From Macrostomum lignano (taxonomy: Eukaryota), in assembly GCA_002269645.1 (NCBI GenBank), contig NIVC01003072.1, positions 1-44,392 of the forward strand: a stretch of 44,392 nt of DNA, read 5' to 3'. The notes below the pieces were generated by a model, which did not search any database, had not been told where the DNA came from, and saw only the letters and a list, made by a program, of their open reading frames with translations. Made by a program: the position numbers and the translations under genes. Position 1 is the first letter of the stretch. Each line of letters begins with the position of its first letter. Shown here piece by piece: positions 12,801 through 21,667 of this stretch.

Positions 12801-15800
12801 AGGCCTCACACCTGTTAGACTGGGGCCTCAAACCTGTTAGACAGAGGCCTCCCACGTGTTAGACAGAGGCCTCACACCTGTTAAACAGTGGCCTCACACC
12901 TGTTAGAGGCCTCACACCTGTTAGACAGAGGCCTCACACCTGTTAGACTGGGGCTTCACACTTGTTAGACAGAGGCCTCACACCTGTTAGACAGAGTCCT
13001 CACACCTGTTAGACAGAGGCCTCACACCTGTTAGACGGAGGCCTCACACCTGTTAGACAGAGGCCTCACACCTGTTAGACAGAGGTCTCACACCTGTTAG
13101 ACAGAGGTCTCACACCTGTTAGACAGAGGCCTCACACCTGTTAGACAGAGCCTCACACCTGTTAGACTGAGGCCTCACACCTGTTAGACTGGGGCTTCAC
13201 ACCTGTTAGACTGGGGCTTCACACCTGTTAGACAGAGACACCTGTTAGACTAGGGCCAAACCCATCCATAAATTACCCGACATCCGCAGGTTCCGCTCCA
13301 TCACGAGCGCCTACTACAGAGGCTGCGCCGGCGCTCTGCTGGTCTTCGACGCCTCGAACCGCGACAGCTTCGACAGCTGCGAGCGCTGGCTGCAGGAGCT
13401 GCGGGCCTCCGCGCCAGAGTCCGTGCACGTGGTTCTGGTGGCCAACAAGAGCGACTCGGATGAGGCCGCCGTGACTCAGGAGGAGGCTGACGAGTTCGCC
13501 AAGTCGCACGGCGTCGAGCTGTGCTGGGGCGTCAGCGCCCGCACCGGACAGAATGTCGGCCAGGCTTTCAGGGGCCTGCAGAGTCGGGTGCTGCAGAGCC
13601 AGAGCCAGCAATTCGGGTTGGTGTCTGGCCTTTGCAACAGCATTTAATCCCTTTAGCTATACATTCTCATCGTCATAGCAACACAACGTCATTCACATAG
13701 CAACAAAACTTCGTCCCCATGGCAGCACAACCTCAAACACAGCAACACAACTTCATCCCCATAGCAACACAAATTCATCCCCATAGCAACACAACTTTAT
13801 CCGCATAACAACGCAAATATTTTCTCTTTAAAACCGATTCCTAGTTTGGCACAGACCCAGCAGTCAAACGAATCGACTACTTTCGCTCCGAAGGCCATCA
13901 ATACGAGTAAATCTACTGAGCAGTCGAAGGAGTCTCCCATTTCGAAGCCAGCAGCAGTGGGACAGGCAAACCTGAACGATGATCGCTCTCCTGACTATGT
14001 GATAAAAAGTGAGATATAGCATCCTTGTCTTTACCATCTGACTGTTACGTGGGTGCGAAGTGAGATGGATATGCGGAGTGAGCTGGGTGCGGAGTGCGGC
14101 GGGTGTGGAGTGAGGTGGGTGTGGAGTGCGGCGGGTGTGGAGTGAGGTGGGTGTGGAGTGAGGTGTGTGTGGAGTGAGGTGGGTGCGGTGTGAGGTGGGT
14201 GTGGAGTGAGGTGGGTGCGGAGTGCGGCGGGTGTGGAGTGAGGTGGGTGTGGAGTGAGGTGGTGTGGAGTGAGCTGGGTGCGGAGTGCGGCGGGTGTGGA
14301 GTGAGGTGGGTGTGGAGTGAGGTGGGTGTGGAGTGCGGCGGGTGTGGAGTGAGGTGGGTGTGGAGTGAGCTGGGTGTGGAGTGAGCTGGGTGCGGAGTGC
14401 GGCGGGTGTGGAGTGAGGTGGGCGCGGGGTGAGGTGGGTGCGGAGTGAGGTGGGTGCGGAGTGAGGTGGGTGCGGAGTGAGGTGGGCGTGAAGTGGGGTG
14501 TGTGTGGAGTGAGGTGGGTGTGGAGTGAGGTGGGTGTGTAGTGAGGTGGGTTCGGAATGAGGTGAGTGCGGAGTGAGGTGGGTGCGGAGTGGAGTGAGGT
14601 TCGGAGGTGGGTGCAGAGTGAGGTGGGTGCAGAGTGAGGTGGGTGCAGAGTGAGGTGGGTGCAGAGTGAGGTGGGTGTGACAATGCTCACAATGCCCACA
14701 CCCACACGCAGCGGTGCTAATCGGAGACTCCGGCGTCGGCAAGTCCTGCCTGGTCCGCCAATTTATTGACCAGGAATTTGACGAGAGCCTCAAGGCAACG
14801 CCCACCATCGGAGTGGACTTTCGCGTGGTGAACAGCGACATTGACGGGTCGCGAGTGAAAACTCAGATTTGGGATACGGCAGGACAACAGAGGTGAGGTT
14901 GAAGTTGGATAGCTCGCTCTTTCCTTTATTAACTTTATTTCTGGACGAAATTGTGTTATAAAACCCATTAGATTTACACATAAGTTACTATCATTAACTC
15001 ATTAGACAGCAGGGACCTTAACACCTGGATCATAATAACTGAATCATGAATCTAGGCTCATAAACCTATATTAAAACACCGGAATCATGACACTCAAATT
15101 ATAAATCTTGGATCATAATTATCTGAATCATAACACCTCGATCATTACACCTGGATTATAACACCTGGATTATAACACCTGGATTATAACACCTGGATTA
15201 TAACACCTGGATCGTACCACCTGGATCATAATACCCGGATCATAACACCCGGATTAGAACACCTGGATCATAACACCTGGATCATAACACCTGGATCATA
15301 ATACCTGGATCATAACACCTGGATCATAAAACCTAAACCATAACACCCCTTAGACCGCCCTTCGCCCCTCCCCGACATCCGCAGGTTCCGCTCCATCACG
15401 AGCGCCTACTACCGAGGCTGCGCCGGCGCCCTGCTGATCTTCGACGCCTCGAACCGCGACAGCTTCGACAGCTGCGAGCGCTGGCTGCAGGAGCTGCGGG
15501 CCTCCGCGCCAGAGTCCACGCCCGTGGCTCTGGTGGCCAACAAGAGCGACTCGGATGAGGCCGCCGTGACTCAGGAGGAGGCTGACGTGTTCGCCAAGTC
15601 GCACGGCGTCGAGCTGTGCTGGGGCGTCAGCGCCCGCACCGGACAGAATGTCGGCCAGGCTTTCAGGGGCCTGCAGAGTCGCTGCCTCGCCCAGATGAAG
15701 CTTCAGAAGGCGGAGACAGCGCCGAAGGCGGCCAACGCGTCAATACGGATAGCAGAGATTGACAGCATGCTGGCGAGTGTCAAAGATATGAGTTCGTCGA

Positions 15801-17795
15801 ATTTCGATTCGAAAGTTTTGTCCAGATTCACCGTTGACAGTCAGCGGCAAAGCGCGCCGCCAGGTGCCAGCGTGGAGGAGCTGCCGTTGATTGAGTCCCA
15901 GACTGCGTCTGTGCCCGACAGGCCTGCTGTGCTCGTCAATGGTGATCTTGGGCGATTTTTAGGGCTTTTAAATAAGACACAAATGGCGCCAAACTAGACA
16001 CAAATGGCGCCAAACTAGACACTAAAGGCGTCAACCTAGACACAAATGGCGCCAAACTGAACACAAATGGCGCCAAACTAAACGATAAGAATCGATGGCG
16101 CCAAACAACTTTACGAGTATGTTTACCAATGATTAAACCGATCAACTCCCGCAGTAATCGTTGTTGGGAACGCTGGCGTTGGCAAGTCAAGCCTTCTGGC
16201 TCGCTTTGTAGGCGGCCAATTCAACGAATCGTATGCGCCGACAGTGGCCGCGAGTCTGCAGAGCCGACTGGTCAAGGTTGACGGGGTGCCGGTCCAATGC
16301 CAGATTTGGGACACTGCCGGTCAGGAGAGGTGAGGAGATTTTGACGTTCGCACGGTGGTGCGCGAAGGGATGTGTGGAGTGAGGTGGGCGCGGGGAGTGA
16401 GGTGGGTGCGGGGAGTGAGGTGGGCGCGGGGAGTGAGGTGGGTGCGGGGAGTGAGGCGGGTGCGGGGAGTGAGGCGGGTGCAGGAAAGTGGGGTGGGTGC
16501 AGGGAGTGAGGTGGGTGCAGGGAGTGAGGTGGGCGCAGGGAGTGAGGTGGGTGCAGGAAGTGAGGCAGCTGCAGGGAGTGAGGTGGGCGCAGGGAGTAAG
16601 GTAGGTGCAGGGAGTGGGGTGAGTGCAGATTGAGGTGGGTGCAGAGTGAGGTGGGCGCGGGGAGTGAGGTGGGTGCGGGGAGTGAGGTGGGCGCGGGGAG
16701 TGAGGTGGGTGCGGGGAGTGAGGTGGGCGCGGGGAGTGAGGTGGGTGCGGGGAGTGAGGCGGGTGCGGAAAGTGGGGTGGGTGCAGGGAGTGAGGTGGGT
16801 GCAGGGAGTGAGGTGGGCGCAGGGAGTGAGGTGGGTGCAGGAAGTGAGGTAGGTGCAGGGAGTGAGGTGGGCGCAGGGAGTAAGGTAGGTGCAGGGAGTG
16901 GGGTGGGTGCAGATTGAGGTGGGTGCAGAGTGAGGTGGGCGCGGGGAGTGAGGTGGGTGCGGGGAGTGAGGCGGGTGCGGAAAGTGGGGTGGGTGCAGGG
17001 AGTGAGGTGGGCGCAGGGAGTGAGGTGGGTGCAGGAAGTGAGGTAGGTGCAGGGAGTGAGGTGGGCGCAGGGAGTAAGGTAGGTGCAGGGAGTGGGGTGG
17101 GTGCAGATTGAGGTGGGTGCAGAGTGAGGTGGGTGCAGGGAGTGAGGTAGGTGCTAACAAAGTCCACCGCCATTACTCCCAGCCATCGCAGCAACTCGGA
17201 GGGCTACTACAGCGGCTGCCAGTGTGCTATGCTGGTCTATGACGTCACTGACGCGGACAGCCTCCGCGACTGCGAGGCCTGGCTGCAGCGACTGCGCCCG
17301 GCACAGGACGGCGACAGCGTCGGACTACCAGCCGACGCCCCCATCGCTCTGATCGGCAACAAGCTCGACCGCCGCGAGCTCCCTACGCCCTCCGGAGCTC
17401 AGTCCGGCCTGGCGCTGGCTCGGCGCCACGGCCTGGTTTGGCGCGAGGCAACGGCGCTAGACTCGGAGAGCGCCAGCGAAGCGTTCCTGTGCCTGCTGCG
17501 CGCTGTTCTACAGACCATGCATTCGCCAGAACAACTTCGGGATGCGGATTCTAAGAAACGCAAAGGCGAAAAAAACGCTAGCAGACGAAAGCGAAAGTCG
17601 AAGCAGAAGGCAAGAAACAGCGGTCGCGATGCCGCCGCCAAAGTTTCCGCCGTGAGGTTTGGCGGCACGGCGACGCTGACGGAATTTCCAGGCGTCGGAG
17701 ACAACGCGGCGACCACCCAAGATGACGACAATGAGGCTGCCTGGACGTCGGACTCCTCGCTAAGCAGCAGCAGCTCGGCCGAGTCAGCTGAGTAA
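3862..17795 (+). CDS. Predicted multidomain protein, about 1,800 aa: CARD - APPBP2-like TPR region - four tandem Rab-like GTPase domains (19 exons)
   Basis: Exons: 3862-3914, 4567-4821, 5394-6146, 6553-6817, 7198-7322, 7397-7502, 8480-9008 (needs +1 G at 8896-8899), 9790-10197, 10642-10739, 10830-11010, 11434-11754, 11894-12003, 12084-12264, 13290-13616, 13845-14008, 14712-14892, 15385-15941, 16155-16329, 17183-17795. All introns are GT-AG with matching phases; total 5403 nt including the corrected base. Exon 1 and the 10197/10642 junction are the least certain parts. Confidence 0.7.
4567..5480 (+). CDS. CARD (death-fold) domain, exon 2 plus start of exon 3 of the multidomain gene
   Basis: [66 protein letters not shown]|TSL...[10 protein letters not shown] follows the CARD consensus (LxxxRxxLvxxL.v..vlDyL...gvLs......I......r..k.r.LLd.Lp.kg....F). 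Confidence 0.85.
4868..5340. repeat. Compound intronic minisatellite: 26-bp unit, then 31-bp unit sharing the core GAGAATCGCCCTC
   Basis: Tandem CTGAGAATCGCCCTC(A/G)AATCTCTATT to about 5095, then CCAGAGAATCGCCCTCTAGATCTAATCTGCA. Confidence 0.95.
5590..10197 (+). CDS. APPBP2/PAT1-like TPR region (exons 3-8 of the multidomain gene)
   Basis: Collinear similarity to human APPBP2 as I recall it: RLSRLPEDL~IRSLPENI; [11 protein letters not shown]~KVLRALDKRHL; [16 protein letters not shown]~VRLLHVRNGNCKYHLG; [31 protein letters not shown]~KAEQLIKHAVYLARDHFGSKHPKYSDTLLDY; [17 protein letters not shown]~SVFGGKNIHVATAHEDL. Confidence 0.7.
6290..6452. mobile_element. Degraded relative of the CATACATGCGCAAC MITE family
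   Basis: Contains TTTGGGTAAACGGCAGGAGTAACTATGAC, identical to 28643-28671, and ends in GTTGCACATGTATG (6439-6452), a TIR variant. Left end and TSD not recognisable. Confidence 0.7.
9035..9690. repeat. Intronic minisatellite, about 10/19-20 bp units (GAGATTTTGAGTCTG(T/G))
   Basis: Tandem periodicity within intron 9009..9789. Confidence 0.95.
10263..10610. repeat. 21-bp minisatellite (GTGTCTAGTTCGGTTAAGAAC)
   Basis: Tandem periodicity. It fills the predicted intron 10198..10641 and explains ORF 10396..10596. Confidence 0.95.
10830..11754 (+). CDS. Rab-like GTPase domain 1 (exons 10830-11010 and 11434-11754)
   Basis: [22 protein letters not shown]|[19 protein letters not shown]. Resembles Rab1/Rab35-type sequences. 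Confidence 0.92.
11065..11410. repeat. 47-bp intronic minisatellite (CCAAATGTACACTTGTCTCTTATCAACCCATTCAATCTCTACCCCTT)
   Basis: Tandem periodicity in the intron splitting Rab domain 1. Confidence 0.95.
12084..13616 (+). CDS. Rab-like GTPase domain 2 (exons 12084-12264 and 13290-13616)
   Basis: [22 protein letters not shown]|[19 protein letters not shown]. Linked in frame to domain 1 by exon 11894-12003, which ends HIDYQIK|V. Confidence 0.92.
12312..13255. repeat. 22-bp minisatellite with two alternating variants (CACACCTGTTAGACAGAGGCCT / CACACCTGTTAGACTGGGGCTT), a 44-bp higher-order repeat
   Basis: Tandem periodicity in the intron splitting Rab domain 2. Confidence 0.95.
13670..13815. repeat. 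Short degenerate CATAGCAACACAA repeat; a similar short array lies at about 11805-11865
   Basis: Repeated CAT(A/G)GCAAC core in the introns after domains 1 and 2. Confidence 0.7.
14085..14680. repeat. G-rich minisatellite (GGAGTGAGGTGGGTG(T/C))
   Basis: Tandem periodicity. Source of the PHS/PT-rich spurious ORFs. Confidence 0.95.
14712..15690 (+). CDS. Rab-like GTPase domain 3 (exons 14712-14892 and start of 15385-15941)
   Basis: [22 protein letters not shown]|[19 protein letters not shown]. Linked to domain 2 by exon 13845-14008, which ends PDYVIK|T. Confidence 0.92.
15085..15345. repeat. 14-bp minisatellite (GGAT(T/C)ATAACACCT)
   Basis: Tandem periodicity in the intron splitting Rab domain 3. 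Confidence 0.9.
15975..16105. repeat. 21-bp minisatellite (AAACTAGACACAAATGGCGCC)
   Basis: About 5 imperfect tandem units in intron 15942..16154. Confidence 0.85.
16155..17795 (+). CDS. Rab-like GTPase domain 4 (divergent) plus basic/Ser-rich tail (exons 16155-16329 and 17183-17795)
   Basis: [23 protein letters not shown]|[20 protein letters not shown]. Followed by [21 protein letters not shown]; ends [10 protein letters not shown] with no C-terminal Cys. Confidence 0.88.
16372..17152. repeat. G-rich 18-bp minisatellite (GGGAGTGAGGTGGG(T/C)GC(A/G)) with higher-order blocks
   Basis: Tandem periodicity in the intron splitting Rab domain 4. Confidence 0.95.
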
Positions 17796-18049
17796 AATGA
17801 CTCAGAGACGAAAAATTGTTTCTATTTTTAGAGGTGTTAAACCATTGCGAGAAGGTTCCCCGTTTTTTTATCTGAATCGATAAAAACATTATCGATGGGA
17901 TTCCCCTTTGGGGGATCATAGACACCAGCTAGCATACGCTCGCAAATATTGACGGGACAGGATTCCTCACTTAAAAATCAATAATATGGGATTTCCTTTT
18001 TAGCAACTATAAATAGCAGCGGGAGTCTCTTTTGTAAAACTCCAGAACG

Positions 18050-18640
18050 ACTATGGAATTCCCCTTTGCAAAACTAAAATAGCTATGGGATTCCCCTTTG
18101 CAAAACTAAAAAAACTATGGGATTCCCCTTTGCAAAACTAAAATAGCTATGGGATTCCCCTTTGCAAAACTAAAATAGCTATGGGATTCCCATTTGTAAA
18201 ACTAAAATAGCTATGGTATTCCCCTTTGCAAAACTAAAATAGCTATGGGATTCCCCTTTGCAAAACTAAAATAGCTATGGGATTCCCCTTTGCAAAACTA
18301 AAATAGCTATGGGATTCCCCTTTGCAAAACTAAAATAGCTATGGGATTCCCCTTTGCAAAACTAAAATAGCTATGGGATTCCCCTTTGCAAAACTAAAAT
18401 AGCTATGGAATTCCTGTTGTAAAACTAAAAAACCGACGGGATTCCCCTTTGAAGAACTAAAAAGTTATGGAATTTCCATTTGTAGAACCAAAAACAGCAA
18501 CCGAAATCCGGGTTCCCCTTTGCAAAACTAAAAATAGTTACGGGATTCCCCATTGTAAAGCTTAAATCAGCTACGGGATCCTATGTTAAAACTATAAATA
18601 AATAAGGGATTCCCCTTATGTAAATCCAAAACAACTACGG
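18050..18640. repeat. 32-bp minisatellite (ATGGGATTCCCCTTTGCAAAACTAAAATAGCT)
   Basis: Near-perfect core at 18080-18410 with degenerate flanks. Confidence 0.95.
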
Positions 18641-19169
18641 GAAACTTGTTGACAATAATTTTCTAGTTTAATCAGTGATTGCATGATACTGTTTATGCTT
18701 TATTAAATCTAGCTAGTAATAATCAATTATGATTCCATTAAGATGTTAATGCCTAAAGTAGATTTTTGTTGAGTTTTTTACTTTCTGCTCTCTGTAGTCT
18801 AATAGGTTGTTTTTTATCAAGCCGCTTCTTTTTCAAGTTGAACAAAAAATGATATGTTGAATCGTATCTGAGTACGTACTAGACTTTTGATTAAAATATT
18901 AGTAGTAAAATTCGCTTTTCTTTAATTTTTTCGCGAACATATAATAATAAATACTATTTTTACACATTACGAAAGAGCAAACTGCCTGTTGCAGTACTTT
19001 GGACTGAATAACTTTTATTTGAACCATGTTAAAACGATTATAAACATTCATAGAATAATACACTGCCAAATTGTGAGACTGCTGCGACTTCAGATGGTTG
19101 ACTGGATATAAATTACTGGATAAATATAAAGTACTGGAATATAAAACATTGTTACTGTGAAATAGATAT

Positions 19170-19795
19170 TGGGTGAGATTGAGAGATGGGTGAGATTGAG
19201 AGATGGGTGAGATTGAGAGATGGGGGCGATTGAGAGATGGGTGAGATTGAGAGATGGGTGAGATTAAGAGATGGGTGAGATTGAGAGATGGATGAGATTA
19301 AGAGATGGGTGAGATTAAGAGATGGGTGAGATTGAGAGATGGATGAGATTGAGAGATGGGTGAGATTGATAGATGGGGGAGGTTGAGAGACGGATGAAAT
19401 TGAGAGATGGATGAGATTGAGAGATGGGTGAGATTAAGAGATGGATGAGATTGAGAGATGGATGAGATTGAGAGATAGGTGAGATTAAGAGATGGGTGAG
19501 ATTGAGAGATGGATGAGATTGAGAGATAGGTGAGATTAAGAGATGGGTGAGATTGAGAGATGGGTGAGATTAAGAGATGGGTGAGATTGAGAGATAGGGG
19601 CGATTGAGAGATGGGTGAGATTGAGAGATGGGTGAGATTGAGAGATGGGTGAGATTGAGAGATAGGGGCGATTGAGAGATGGGTGAGATTGAGAGATTTG
19701 TGGGATTGAGAGATTAGTGAGATTGGGAGATTGGTGGGATTGAGATTGGTGAAATTAAGAGGGGGTGAGATTAGGAAGATGAGATAAAAGGCAGA
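19170..19795. repeat. 17-bp minisatellite (GGGTGAGATT(G/A)AGAGAT)
   Basis: Tandem periodicity. Its reverse complement resembles the 290-720 array. Confidence 0.95.
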
Positions 19796-20137
19796 TAAGA
19801 CGGACACAGTTGAAACACAACACCACTATATATGCTGACTGAATACAAGTAACAAACAAAATAGGCAAAGTAGACAAAATAGACACAATAAAATGCGCTA
19901 CAATCATTAGCTTATCAGATGCAATGATTATCACCAACAACATATTGAATGCTTTGCTCAGATATGGCAAAAAGCACACCAATTTGATGGAATTTAACCA
20001 GTTAAGATTGTAATTGAAGTTACAAAATAACAAATCTACAGACTAGAGTAGACACTGGTGTATAGAGGTAGAAAAATGATATTTTACAGCAAAGCCAATC
20101 AAGTTTAAAATTCTTTATTCAAAGGCTTTATTATCAA

Positions 20138-21418
20138 TTTGATCGGCTTTATTGTCTATGGCCGAGTGCAGTTCTGTGCCAGCTGTGGCAGTGTGGCTTT
20201 GATCGGCTTTATTGTCTATGGCCGAGTGCAGTTCTGTGCCAGCTGTGGCAGTGGCTTTGATTGGCTTTATTGTCTATGGCCGAGTGCAGTTCTGTGCCAG
20301 CTGTGGCAGTGTGGCTTTGATCGGCTTTATTGTCTATGGCCGAGTGCAGTTCTGTGCCAGCTGTGGCAGTGTGGCTTTGATCGGCTTTATTGTCTATGGC
20401 CGAGTGCAGTTCTGTGCCAGCTGTGGCAGTGTGGCTTTGATCGGCTTTATTGTCTATGGCCGAGTGCAGTTCTGTGCCAGCTGTGGCAGTGGCTTTGATT
20501 GGCTTTATTGTCTATGGCCGAGTGCAGTTCTGTGCCAGCTGTGGCAGTGTGGCTTTGATCGGCTTTATTGTCTATGGCCGAGTGCAGTTCTGTGCCAGCT
20601 GTGGCAGTGTGGCTTTGATCGGCTTTATTGTCTATGGCCGAGTGCAGTTCTGTGCCAGCTGTGGCAGTGTGGCTTTGATCGGCTTTATTGTCTATGGCCG
20701 AGTGCAGTTCTGTGCCAGCTGTGGCAGTGTGGCTTTGATCGGCTTTATTGTCTATGGCCGAGTGCAGTTCTGTGCCAGCTGTGGCAGTGTGGCTTTGATC
20801 GGCTTTATTGTCTATGGCCGAGTGCAGTTCTGTGCCAGCTGTGGCAGTGGCTTTGATTGGCTTTATTGTCTATGGCCGAGTGCAGTTCTGTGGCAATGGC
20901 TTTGATTGGCTTTATTCTCTATGGCCGAGTGCAGTTCTGTGGCAGTGGCTTTGGTTGTCTTTATTGTCTATGGCCGAGTAAAGTTCTGTGGCAGTGGCTT
21001 TGATTGGCCTTATTGTCTATGGCCGAGTGCAGTTTTGTGGCAGTGGCTTTGATTGGCCTTATTGTCTATGGCCGAGTGCAGTTTTGTGGCAGTGGCTTTG
21101 ATTGGCTTTATTGTTTATGGCCGAGTGCAGTTCTGTGGCAGTGGCTTTGATTGGCCTTATTGTCTATGGCCGAGTGCAGTTTTGTGGCAGTGGCTTTGAT
21201 TGGCCTTATTGTCTATGGCCGAGTGCAGTTTTGTGGCAGTGGCTTTGATTGGCTTTATTGTCTATGGCCGAGTGCAGCTCTGCGGCAGTGGCTTTGATTG
21301 GCTTTATTGTCTATGGCCGAGTGCAGCTCTGCGGCAGTGGCTTTGATTGGCTTTATTGTCTATGGCCGAGTGCAGCTCTGCGGCAGTGGCTTTGATTGGC
21401 TTTATAGTCTATGGCCGA
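20138..21418. repeat. Minisatellite: 60-bp units (with 59-bp variants) changing to 49-bp units
   Basis: Identical 60-nt lines at 20281/20341/20401; 49-bp period from about 20880 after loss of the CCAGCTGTG-containing segment. Confidence 0.95.
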
Positions 21419-21667
21419 TGATAAAATCAGGGCCGCTGTGCACTCTGTGTGAACGTGTGTACGAGTGCGCGACTGCGTACAGTATTGGCACGCTTGTATG
21501 TGTTCAGAAGTCAGCGGAATGGGCAGGACGTTGCTCCAGGGCGCATGCAGCCCTCGTACAAACATACTATATTTCATTTAGATGCCTTTGACAAAACACA
21601 CGCTAAATTAATTTTTTTTTCAAAAAAAGTTTTTTTTAAAACCATTAATTTTGAACTATTATTTAAT

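Noticed and set aside
11805-13815. CAT(A/G)GCAAC repeats as RFX X-box sites
   Set aside because: Only half-sites are present, embedded in degenerate intronic repeats.
13864-17194. Long Pro/His/Thr-rich minus-strand ORFs and GAGSEV-repeat plus-strand ORFs
   Set aside because: Products of G-rich intronic minisatellites lying between well-supported plus-strand Rab exons.
10830-17795. Interpretation as four independent small Rab genes
   Set aside because: No start codons or prenylation motifs per unit, and phase-compatible linker exons join them. Kept only as the refuting alternative.
19298-20905. ORFs with SISQSH, LCQLWQCGFDRLYC and VALIGFIVYGRVQFC repeats (superficially Cys-rich or membrane proteins)
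   Set aside because: Simple consequence of 17-bp and 60-bp tandem repeats without stops in some frames; no splice or start context.
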